From contig LSRY02000002.1 of assembly GCA_001643675.2 (NCBI GenBank), positions 2,294,001 to 2,358,000 on the forward strand: a stretch of DNA of 64,000 bases, written 5' to 3'. This document shows positions 35,801 through 47,800 of the stretch, one piece after another. The translations under genes and the position numbers were made by a program. The notes under the pieces are model-generated. The model made no database searches. It saw only the letters and a list, made by a program, of their open reading frames with translations, and was not told the DNA's origin. Each line of letters opens with the position of its first letter. Position 1 is the stretch's first letter. This stretch comes from Monocercomonoides exilis PA203 (taxonomy: Eukaryota; Protista; Preaxostyla).

Positions 35801-38800
35801 CAGGAACGATGTTAAGCGACGACACACAAAAAGTTCCTCCAGTAATAACAAACAGCACACACCCAATTGATGAGTTTTCTGCAGTTGGTACTAAGCAAAC
35901 TTGAGTGATTGATGTTTCTCCATTTGAATAAACAAACACAGCTTCGTGAGTGAGCAAAACACTTGGTACACAAAGAGAAATATTTGTAATAGACAGCAAA
36001 GCTTCGTTGTTAATGACTCCAGGACGAGATCCACCAACCGAATCCTTTATTATAAAAAAGCAGCTTTCGCGTAATGGGTCTCTGCCAATATACAGCGAAG
36101 CAAATATGTTGTCTACATCTTCTTCAAATGTAAGTGTGCCATTAACAATAACACAAGCTTTATCAGAAAGTGCCGTATTGTGTATTCTTTCTTCCATCCA
36201 TCCCAAGCTTCTGCAAGTATAATTCACAAATCCACATGCAGAAGTATCGATTCCATCATCGAAAACATATCCAACAGGAACAGAAATAACAGTTTCTCCT
36301 TCATTAACTTCCTTATGAGGAAATGGAATGATGTAATATGACAAAGGAATAGCTGGAGCACTAAAGTTATCAAAGCCTTCAAGCGATGAATGATCAAACC
36401 AATAATTGTCAAGTAGAACTGAATCAAACGAGTCATTGTTTAATGATTCCGTAAGATTTCCAGAATTAACAAAAACATCTCTGCCAAACATGGCGTTGTT
36501 CTGAAGCGAATCTCCGAGCACTGGAAATGTAGTCGATTTAAATGACCATTGTGGCATTGTATTTACCATATAAATACAAACAGCACCCCCTTTTCCTGTT
36601 GCTGTTTCAGCTTCAAAAGGAACGCTGCACGAAGAGAAAGAAGTATTTTGAACCAGAGATTGAGCTTCCCCTTTCATCTCAATCCACAGAGAACCTCCGT
36701 GTCTGTTGTCATTTGTTTCGTTGGTAAGTTCAACTGCTGTTGAACATTCTGAAAAAGATGTGGAGTTAATCAAGAGACTTGAACCTGTATTTAGTTGTGC
36801 AGACATTGAACCTCCATTTTGCTGGCTACGTTTAACATGACAATTAGTAAATGTGCAGTTTGTAACAATAACGTTATAGTCTTCTTCTTCTTCATTTTTT
36901 GAAACTGTATGCTTGGACCACGCATTTTCTCGATTGCTTTGCATGTCATATGCTCCATTTTGTAGTTGAGATGCAGTAGACATGCTGTTGATAATACTAA
37001 GCGCGCAACCAAATCTAATTCCATTTGATGAAATAGCAGAAAAAGTGCAATTGCTTAATTTTAAAAAGTTCTTTCCATTAACAATAATTAATGATCCATC
37101 GCTTAGAGAAATATTCTCAAATGTGTTATTACTAACAGTCAGATTGAAACGAGAGTCTAATTGAATTAATGAGCCAGAAGAATAATTCAGATTATTGAAA
37201 TTGCAGTTCTGAAGTGTAGCACGTCCACCATTTGTGCATTTGAATGTGGATGCTGTTCCCGTTGCCCTCTCGTTGTTCCAGATGATCTCTTGAAATTCTC
37301 CGAGTGCCTTATTTCCGTCGCATACCAAAAATGGAGTATTCGATAAGGCAACGTTCGAGGCGCGCTTTCGAGTCAATCGATTCGATGCAAAAGAATCAGA
37401 AGGAAAAGATGAAAAAGATGAAGACGATGAAAGTGAGGCAGTTGGAGTTGTCTCACATAGAATAATATTTTTCACATATAGCGTTCCAGACAAAGTCATC
37501 GAAAAAGGATATTGAATAGAGTTTCTGGATTGTGAGGCAATGACACAATCAATAAAACTCAAAATTGTGCTTTCTGTTCCGTTAAGAGTAAATAGCGCTT
37601 TGTACGTTATTAAATCATTCAAGACTCTAAAGCGAAGAGAAGAAAACTTTGTTGTTGTGTTTATGAGCACGCAAGAATGACTTCTGAGGCTTAGACGGTC
37701 AATCATTGTCATCATTGAATCATTGTTTGCTCCATTCACAACAATCCCTTCTCTGACAATATATTCCGGAGCGGAAATTGTCATTTCATCACTGATGAGA
37801 AAACTGTAATCAACACAGATGTTGATAACGTTCTCAAAGTATAAGAATTGATCTATAGCCTTTTTGAGTGTTTTGCATGGAAATTCTTCTCTTCCGCAAA
37901 TATGTCGATCTGATCCAAGGTCGTTGTCGAGATGAACTGTTTCTGGAAACGCGGAATAGTATAAATACAAATCAATAGCATCTGAAGGATCAAATTGGTC
38001 ATATCCCATCATTATTTGATTTTCGTGTTCATCAGCATCGCGATCATAAAATGAGATGCGATGTGTTGCGTTCATTGATATGTTTAGATCTTCACTCACA
38101 ATAAAGATATTCTTTCCCCATCGAGCATCGTTCTCAGTGAATGTCATAACCGGTCCAATCTCCCAATCAGCATCTTTTTCATCCAGAAATAGATAAATAC
38201 CACCACCTTTTCCTTTTTCATCATCACCAACATTGGAAGGACAAGTGCACTGAGAAAAAGTCGAGTTATTAATACTCATCTTTGCCATCCCACTTTGAAG
38301 AAGTTCACAAAATGTTCCTCCTTTTGCTTCAACATTCACTGAATTGCAACCAGAGAATGTGCAATCAAACACATTCACTTCACACAAATACTCTGATGGC
38401 GTTGGAACACGAGAACTGCTATTGGTTAAATTCATAAGGCTGTCGCTTCCCATCTTAAAGATGGACCCATCCCCTGTTGTACCTATGGAGGTAAAGGTGC
38501 TACTATTCAGTTTCAGTGAATGATGACCAAGTGTTCTTATCAAATTATTAGACAACAACATCAAGTTTTCAAATAATGAAGAATTGATACTCAGCGATGC
38601 ATTGTTGGAAATTGTAATAAAAGAGTTGGTTCCGTTTTCAAAAATATCATTAAAAATAGATCCATTTAATGTAGCAGTAGCCGAAGAACCTTTAACATCA
38701 AGCAAAGATGAACGTAACTGAACGTTTGTTCCATTATTAAGAGATTTTTGAATTGTGAACAATTCAGTTCTGAAAGCACCAGACAAGACAGAAAAAATAG

Positions 38801-41800
38801 TATATTCGATGCAAAATAATCGCTGCGTTGAAACAAGCGAGCAGTTTATTAGCAAGCATTCACCACCTTCGATTTGAAGAAACGATTCTCTTCTGTTCAG
38901 AGTTGATGGTATTCGAAGCATTATTCGGCTGAAGCAAACATTTGTTTTGACAACAAACAACTGCTCTCTCGTCTTTCCGGTCGTTTCGTCTCTTAAAGAT
39001 AATTCATTCACCGTGATTGAAGAAGAATGAGGTTCTGTTCCATCAATACTTCTAAATTCGAAATCATCGTTTTCTAATGTGAGTTCATTTGTTGCGTTCA
39101 CATCATTTCCAATTACGAGAATCTTTGGATCTCCTTCGTGATACCAAGTCCAGTCAAATCTTGTGAGGGCAAAATTAATCGTCTGACAATGGAATTGCTG
39201 CAATCCACAGAAATCTGTATCACTTCCAAGATTTGACAAATACACGTAGTCTTCAAGCGCAAGAAGATACAGAACAAGTGGAATATGCTCATCCTCGTTG
39301 CGGTTGCTGTATCCAGCCATTGATCTAAAATTTTCATCGGTTGCTCTTGCCTGCAGCAAAGGAAAATGAGTTTCCACAAACTCCTTATTAAGCAATGGAG
39401 CAGAAACAAACACATTTACACCAAAATCAGCTTCATTTGCAGTAAAGTTATCAGTGTTAATTGAAAAGTTGGGGCTTTCATTCACAACATACAAAAACAC
39501 ACCGCCACCTTTTCCGAATTGTGTATATCCTTTTGCAGAGTCACTTCTCTGATCTGTTGGATCGTAAACAATGCCTTCAGTAATTGGTGCCTTACATTCT
39601 TCGAAAGACGTATTTACCACATCTATGCTTGATTGTTGCCCAATCTCAAAATAAACAGCACCTCCACCGCTTTTGGTTTCTGTTACGCGGCATCTTTTGA
39701 AGGTACAACCATCAACATAAACTGCCGGCTCTATTTCATTTGATGAGGATGAAACAGTCACTCCGCATTGACACCACACACAAGAGCCATTTCCTTCAGC
39801 GCGCGTTATACTCGAAAAAGTTGAATTTAATACAGAGACTTTAAGTGAATTTGTTGATTCAACAATGGAAGAACTATCAAAAATTGCGTCTGAGACAATG
39901 CTATTCTTCAAAGTTATTGAACCTGAATCATTTATCACATTCAAATTTCTTGTTTCAAATACAATCGCAAGACTTTTACCAAATGTCAGTGCTGGAGATG
40001 ATGCTGTCCCAGATATCCACGGAGCATTTGTTAAGCGCGAAGTCATCAATGAAGGATGAAGTGAAGCAGAGAACGATAAGTCTTCAAAAACAGCTTCCCC
40101 TCCATGCACAACAACAAGAGAAATTTGAATTTGTTGAGTTGAATCCGTCGATTGAATCATACAACTGGAAAATGTCAGAGTTGATCCGGATTGAGTTATC
40201 ACATTTTCGAGTGCTCCTTTTTGCTCCATCGTCACAGGAAGGATAAAAGAAATCCCGTTAAAAGTGCATACAGTTTCAACTTGAAAAAGTGAAACAAAAA
40301 TTCTGGTTGCATTCACTAAAAGTGCTGGTTTTGGAGTTTCTGTCTCTGGGCTTAATGTGAAGCTTTCATACGAAGTATCTAAAATAATCTGCTCTTCCAT
40401 ATCCAGCCTTTGATTAAGAATTACACTTGGCCTGTTTGTGGAGGCAATGCGTTGATGATTCAAAGCATAAGACAACGTCTTGCATGCATATTCATCAAAT
40501 CCACATCCTATGTTATCCGCTCCATCGAAAAACACGTGCAAGGGAATTGTTGGGTCTTGCAACAGATACTTTATTGGTATATAAACTTCTGGTTCAACAC
40601 GCTGCGATCCTACAATTTCTTTGTGCCACCATTCGTCAAATACAAAGTTTGGAAATGCAACCAACGTAGATGTTTGGAGAAGATCTGGAGATAACACGAA
40701 AATATTACGTCCAATATCTGCTTGATTGTCTTGCCAATTTGCATTTGGCACGTCGAAAACATAAGGCGATGTCACATTTTTCAGAAGTAAAGATACACCT
40801 CCTCCTTTCCCAAGCAGTGACGGATGGAGAGAATCGTTGGTGAATGGTTCTGTGCGAATTGATGTATCTTCAGTCGGTGCATAGCAGTTTTCGAATGAGG
40901 AATTGGTAAAAGTCAGAGGAGAATGGTCATTCAGCTCAGCATAAACTGCTCCTCCTTCAGCATCATTTTCAATCACAGAACATAATGTGAAAGTACAATC
41001 AGTTATTTTCATTGGATGCTGAGACGACGAGTCTGAATTGCTAAATTTTGATAAAGTCGAAGATCGATGACTGCTTTGCAAAATAGTAGTCTCGCAGTTG
41101 TTCTCTATGTGAAGGCACGCCCCATTTTTCTTTCTTCGCGTTATACTCGTAAAGGTTGTTCTATTCATAGTAAGTTCCATAATCTGATCAATCATAAAGG
41201 CAGATGCATCTTCGAAGATCAGATTGTCAAAATGGCAGTCCTCCATTTGAAGTATTGATCCACCAAAAAATAGAAGGGGACCTTCATTTCCAACTCGTGT
41301 ATCATCAGTAGAAAGTGAGGAAAATGTCACTTGATTACATTTTAATGTGCCACCACTGATAATAAATATCAGGCCTTGATCGTAAAGTCCTTCGCAATCG
41401 ATGAATACAGAATTGCTAATCTCTATAACTCCTTCGTTCCCAGCATGAATAATTGTCCATCCCAGCCAATTCTGTATTGTCATGTCGTTAATACAAGCTT
41501 TTCCTGTTTCAACAGAAAGCAAATACATTTTTGTTCCAGCATTTGCATCGACCATACTAACAGATATATCAGACAGAGTTAAAATTGCAGTTGAGTTTTG
41601 AATTGTGAACAGTTCGCCAAAGGTGCATTCAATTGGAAATTTGAAAGCCATGTTTGAAAATGTTGAGCTGATCTCGACTTGCAGAAGAGACAAATGGCGA
41701 TCCGGGTTTGGTACATCAGCAAATATTGCAATTTCCATATCAGGAGTTCGAGCTGTTACGCTATATTCAAAATCTGCAAAATGATATTCTTCATCGAATG

Positions 41801-44800
41801 AGAAGAAAGTGCCATCCAATACAATGTTTCTGGCAGATTCTGAAAACAGCAATTCTACTGCATACGAAAGAGAAGCACAAGGATAATCTGTGTGCCCACA
41901 AGCGGAGAAGTCGTGTCCTCCACTAAACACAGGCGACGATTCGTGGAAGTTGTATTCGTTGTCCCATCCGCTAACGTAAGCAGGTGACGGACGCGGGCGA
42001 AGAAAGGCAGCAAGCGGAATGGGCACACTGGTGTTTCTGGATTCATATCCAAGATAGTTCGTTAAAGTTGATGTTTCAAAATATTGACTTGATGTAATTT
42101 CTTTCAATTTGTTATTTCCAAATAGCATTTCAGTCAGATTGTTTGCATCCAAAAAGAGAATAGGTGCAACAAGAGCTTTACACGTAGTGTAAGTATTATT
42201 TGAAAGTACAAACTCATATTCATCTTGATCAGCATAAAAATAAGCAACGCCCCCTTTTCCAATTCCTGCCGGAGCAATCGATACAAGATTGGACTCTGGA
42301 TCTGGAACATCAAGAGGGAACAATATTCCATCGCTATTTGGAACAATACAATACGTAAAGTTATTTGATTCGATAGTTATTTTCATAGATGATGCAAGAA
42401 TAGATGAGAAAACTCCGCCATTATGCTGATCCGAAGTCGCAGCACAATAAACAAATGTATTTTGTGTAAAAGAATGTGTAGTGCTTGCAGCATTGCTTGT
42501 GATATGTGAATAGACCGATCCGTCAACATCCATTGATCTAATATACTTGAATGTCGATCTTGAGCAGCTTATGTTTGATGATTCAATAGTCATTAGAGTT
42601 GTTCCAATAAATGAAAGCCATTCAAAGACACTTCCATAAATTGTCACTTCTCCGTTTGTTGCTGCCAATATCTGCGTTGTCGAAGAGCTAACTTTGTGAA
42701 ATTTGGAGTTTTGGACAGATAATCTTCCAGAAGATTCAGCAAGAAAAAGTGATGCATCTGTTGACCTTACATCCATAAGTTCCACTTCATTCAATGAAAG
42801 TTCTGATTGTATTCCAGAAGAAACAAGAAACGAGGAAGAAAATGTTGTGTGCTGTAATACAAAATTGTTAAGTGTAATAGTCCCACCTTTTGCTGTGGCA
42901 AAAGAAAAGCCAAATGAAGATGAACTTCCATCTGCGTTTGAAGCACCTGGACTTCGAGAGGACATTGCACAATCAGTCAAAGTCAAAGACGAGCTCTCAC
43001 AAAGGAAAAATGTTTGGTGATATCGAAGAGTTGGATTAAAAGCGAATGTGATGTTCTCAAATGAAGTGATTTTTTGTATTATCAAAAATCCTCTTGGCTG
43101 TGCGGCTCGTGGTGATGGGTCAGTCACGTTTATTGCAGTTCCTTTACTCTCCACATAAATGAAATATCGATCGACATTGAAAAGGATCTCATCTTTAAAC
43201 GAAAAGCACCATGGAATCAAGCAGGCACTAAGCAGACTGTTTGTTGATGATCTCCAAGTCTTGGCTCCAGCTATTGTTTCACATGGATATGTGACATTTC
43301 CACACCCAGAAAAGTCATGCCCGTTTTCAGTACCAATATAAACAAATGTTTCTGTCATGATCTGAGGCCAGAAATAGCACTCGAGAGGAATCAGAAAGGA
43401 AGTGTTTCCGTTCTCATATCCACACATGTTTGTAATGTGATACTTATCAAACGTAAAGCTGAACTTTGCAGGTGAAGTAAACCTTCCAAGATTGGGAGAT
43501 TCAATGAAGAAATAAGATCCATTGACTGTTGTATCCTCTGTGAATGTTAAATCATTTAGCTGAACTGTGTCGGAAATTCCCCCATCAGTCACATAAAATG
43601 CTTTCCCAAAGCAGAGATTGTTGCTATCTGGAGGAACAAAGCAGTTGGCGAATGAAGCGTTCGACACAATAAGCTGAGCATTGCGTCCAAGCGAAAAATA
43701 GCCCGCGCCTCCTTTTGCGCCTGCCACATGCGACGAACAGTTCTCAAAAATGGAGTCAGAAATGCTAAATTGAACCAAAGCATACGAAGATGATTGGCTA
43801 ATTAGAGAAAAGACAGAGCCATTAGTGTTTTCTGTTTCAATCTGTCGAAAGCTGCAGTTGTTCACATTCAGCCCTCCAAGCGAAGTGGATTGAACGAGTG
43901 CATGCTGAGAAAGATTGTGACTTGAAAAGATAACTTTATTGAAGCTTAGAGAACCTGATGATGATGATGTGATGATGCCAGGTGCTCCGTCAGTGTGGAA
44001 ATAGTCATCAAGCGTATAATCATCAATTACTACAGAACCAGAACCAGACATAATTATAAAGGTGACGCAGTTGGTCAAGCGATTGTTTGATAGCTTGAAA
44101 GTTAGAGGAGGAATTGCCATGGATGAAAGCTGCAATGTTCCCGCTTCAACATTAAACAACGAATAGTTAAGCTCCTGCTCATGTCCGACAATTTGAATTT
44201 CACATGCATTGAAATTCAGCACAGCAGATGAAGAGCTCAGAGAGAAAATGCACGAAGTATTCAATTCTGGAAGTAAGTTAAATGTGATGTTTTCAAACTT
44301 AACTCTGTTTTGAACTTGAATAAGTTTATTTTGGTTAGATCCATTGTAGGTTGGATTTTCTACGTCTCTTGCAATTCCTTGCGTTTCAACATACACTTCA
44401 TATTGATTATATCTCAACAATTCCTCTTCGCAAAAGCTGAATTCGTCGAGAAGAGAAATTTTTGCACCTTTGTTGCGAAATCTCAGTTCTCCTGCTCCTT
44501 TAAACGAACGGCACGGATAATCAGCAAAGCCACACATCGAAAAATCCTTGCAAGTATCTCCTTTTCCAACTCTTGCAAAATCTTCGTTTGTTAAATCACG
44601 CAGATATAAAACTAGAGGAATCAAAAAATCGAATTTCCCATCTTCATAGCCAACCATGGAAACCATATCTTCAGGAGGTCCAATAAGCCCATGAGCAAAA
44701 CGAAAAGTGTTGTTAGACACCAATGCAGATAAGTTTTTGCCTTCAAAAAACAACTTTGGTCCGAGATAAGCCGTGCAAGACGTAAAAGTTAAGGAGTTTA

Positions 44801-47800
44801 AACTGCATGTCTGTGGAGAATCTTTCAATGTTCGTAGATAGATACCTCCTCCTTTTCCTGATGATGCTTCATCCGAAGGAGCAGAAGTTTGTGTAAATGA
44901 ACAAGTATCAAAATTGAATTTGTGGTCTGATTGAATAAAAATGAAACAAGCACCTCCTGCTCCTTTTTCTCCCGACACAGAGCAAGAAGAAAAAGTGCAA
45001 TTACGAAATAGAGAATCCTTATTATCATAAATATAACTGGGATCACTTGTGTATTCCAAAGTGACTGCTGATCCATTTCCAGAAGAACGAGAGATGCTGG
45101 TGAATGAGCAATTCTCTGCATTTAGCGATGCGCTGTCTCCACACATCATTGAATGCTTAACATTGTTTTGGTTTGAGAAATTCGTGTTCCTTATAGTCAG
45201 TATACCAAATGAGCGAGAAACAAAAAGCCCGTCCTCTTCCAATGTTGTTGATATGGTTTCGTCGATTGCAGCGTTGTTAATAACAGCACTTGATGAAGTT
45301 CCTTCCGTAGAAACAATCGGAACATTTAGGAATTTAACCTTTGGTAATTTTGTTTCATCGACATTTAGCTTTCCCCTTGAAACAAGAATAAGCGTGTAAT
45401 CAACTTGCGTAACACCAGTATTTGGAATAAATTCAATTGTTGTCAAATTCAACTCTGCGTTGTTTGCGCATTCAAATGCGGCAGAACATGTTGCTAGCTG
45501 AGCTGGAATAGTCAAATGAAACTTACTAATTGCGCATGATACACGGCACATGAAAGGAGCAGTTTGAGACGTTGTAAAAGTATCCAAAAAGAATGGGAAC
45601 ACAACACTGGGATCGTTGGGCTCAATTGAAAAGCTATAACCTTCCAATTTTAGTACTCTTCTGAAACGAAAACTGTCTAAGACTTTGATTGTACGAGGAG
45701 ATGAAGCTAGTCTTAATCGCGCTACTCCGCCGATTGTCTCGCAGCACCGGTCAAGCAACCCGCAAGCACTTGTATCTGTTCCATTTGCAGCAACGTAAAT
45801 AGGCTCATCCGGTAATGATCGAAAATAGTAAATCAGAGGAATTTGGATTGTTTCATTGTTATCCTCAACGCCAATCATCAACGAAATCCAGGCATCATTT
45901 GTCTCATCCGTTACAAATTGGATTGAATCATGATTGATGACTGATCTTAAAATTGGAGCTTTCACAAAAAGATTCGTGCCTTTCCATGCAGAGCATGATG
46001 TAAAGCGCGTCTGTTGAAAAAGTTTAAAGTTTTTAGCATTTGTTCCAAGTGTAATTGCGATGGCTCCTCCCATTTTTCGTCCAGACTCCATTGTTGGTAC
46101 GCCACAGCTTTCAAATGACACAGGACTTGACTTTGCAACTCGAAATGCCCCCATAGAATCTGCCGTGTATGTATGATCAATCACCACAGATAAGGCACCT
46201 CCATTTCCATTAGCAGAAGACAGTGATGAAAACGAGCAGTTGTCGATTTCAAAGGAACCAGAATATGAAGTCATAGTCATCTCAACAGTTGAGCCATCAC
46301 CCATTTGGCGGCTTATATGCTGAAAGTTGCACGAATACAGTGAAAGATTTGCATTACTGCAAACAATAAACGCAGTGTTTGTCATAACGACTTCCTCCAC
46401 AGTGGTACTAGTAATACTTGTTGTACCATTCAGAAGTTGGAAGAATGGATAATCAAATTGAGAGGAAGTTAACGCTGATACTATTTGGCAGTTGATAATT
46501 GATAAAACAGAAGAGTTACTCTCTCCCACAGCAAACATTGGAACCGAAGCTGCAGAACGTAAAAGTTTCATCAGCTGCAAAGTCAGAGATCCGATTTTAA
46601 CTGAGCCCAATCGTTGTGCAGTCTTTGATGTTATGAAAAGTTTATCTGGGCCATTTCCTTTGATGTTAATCGTTTTAGATTCAACCGCAAACTCCGATTC
46701 AGAATAGTTACCATCAACAACAAAAATTGGCTTGGCTCTGTATGTTTCGTTCCATATTTGAACTGCATAAGCCACCGTTTTGCATGGATATTCCTCCAAA
46801 AATCCACAATTATTCCAGTCCTCACCTGTATCTTTATTCACATAAATTTCTGGACCCGAAGGAAATGGAATCTGAGTGTTTGAAATTGAGCCACTTATCC
46901 AACAGTGAGGAATATCACTAACTGAATAAGATGCACTCGAACCGCTCAAGATCGAAAGACGTCTTTGAGCGCCATTGTAGCATAGATCAGAAGAGCCAGA
47001 AGACGCAGTGTTGCGTATGAAAGAGCAACTAGATACGGTCATTTGAATTGACGGATTATCTTCAACCATTTCTATGAAAATGGCTCCTCTTCCATTTGTA
47101 GAACTGCAAGTAATTATGCTGCAATTTGAAATTGAAAAGTCTCCTTTTTGAGAATGAACAGCTATTGCGCTTCCATCAGAAACAGATTTTGAATTGGTAA
47201 AGCTACATTTCCGAATACATGATCCAGCTCCAGAATATTCTGTATAAATTGAGCCTCCCATTCCTGTGCCGGTAGTTGAGCAATTTGTAAAAGTGCACTC
47301 TTCTACTTTCATTTGTTCGTTGTCCGTTATGCAAGATATTCCACCCCCATTCGAAGAAGATGTACATCTTGTAAAAGTGTCTCCATTAAAAGAAGCAGTT
47401 GTTTGTGTTACGGTGTAGTCTCTATTGCTTCGCGCGTTTGATGATGTAAACGTCAAATATCTTTGCCGTTTTTCTGAATATGAAGTGGAGCACATGAGAA
47501 ATGTTGAATTGCAGATTGACGTGGATTGAAGTGTGCTATGAAGTGAAAAAATACCCCCGCTAAGTGGATTGTCGGAATGATAAAATGTGCATCCGTCGGC
47601 TATTTCCTCGTCCACAGAAAACAAAATTTCCTGTTGTGTTTTTTCAGATGATAGGCGAAATTTTTGAATTGAAAAATTTGAAATTAATACATCGCGCAAA
47701 GAAAACACGTCAAATTGTCCATGGACAAATGAAAGGCGCTCATATTGGCAGGAATGAGATTCAAAAGAAGAAGTCGTGATTTCCAATGATCCAAATTCAT

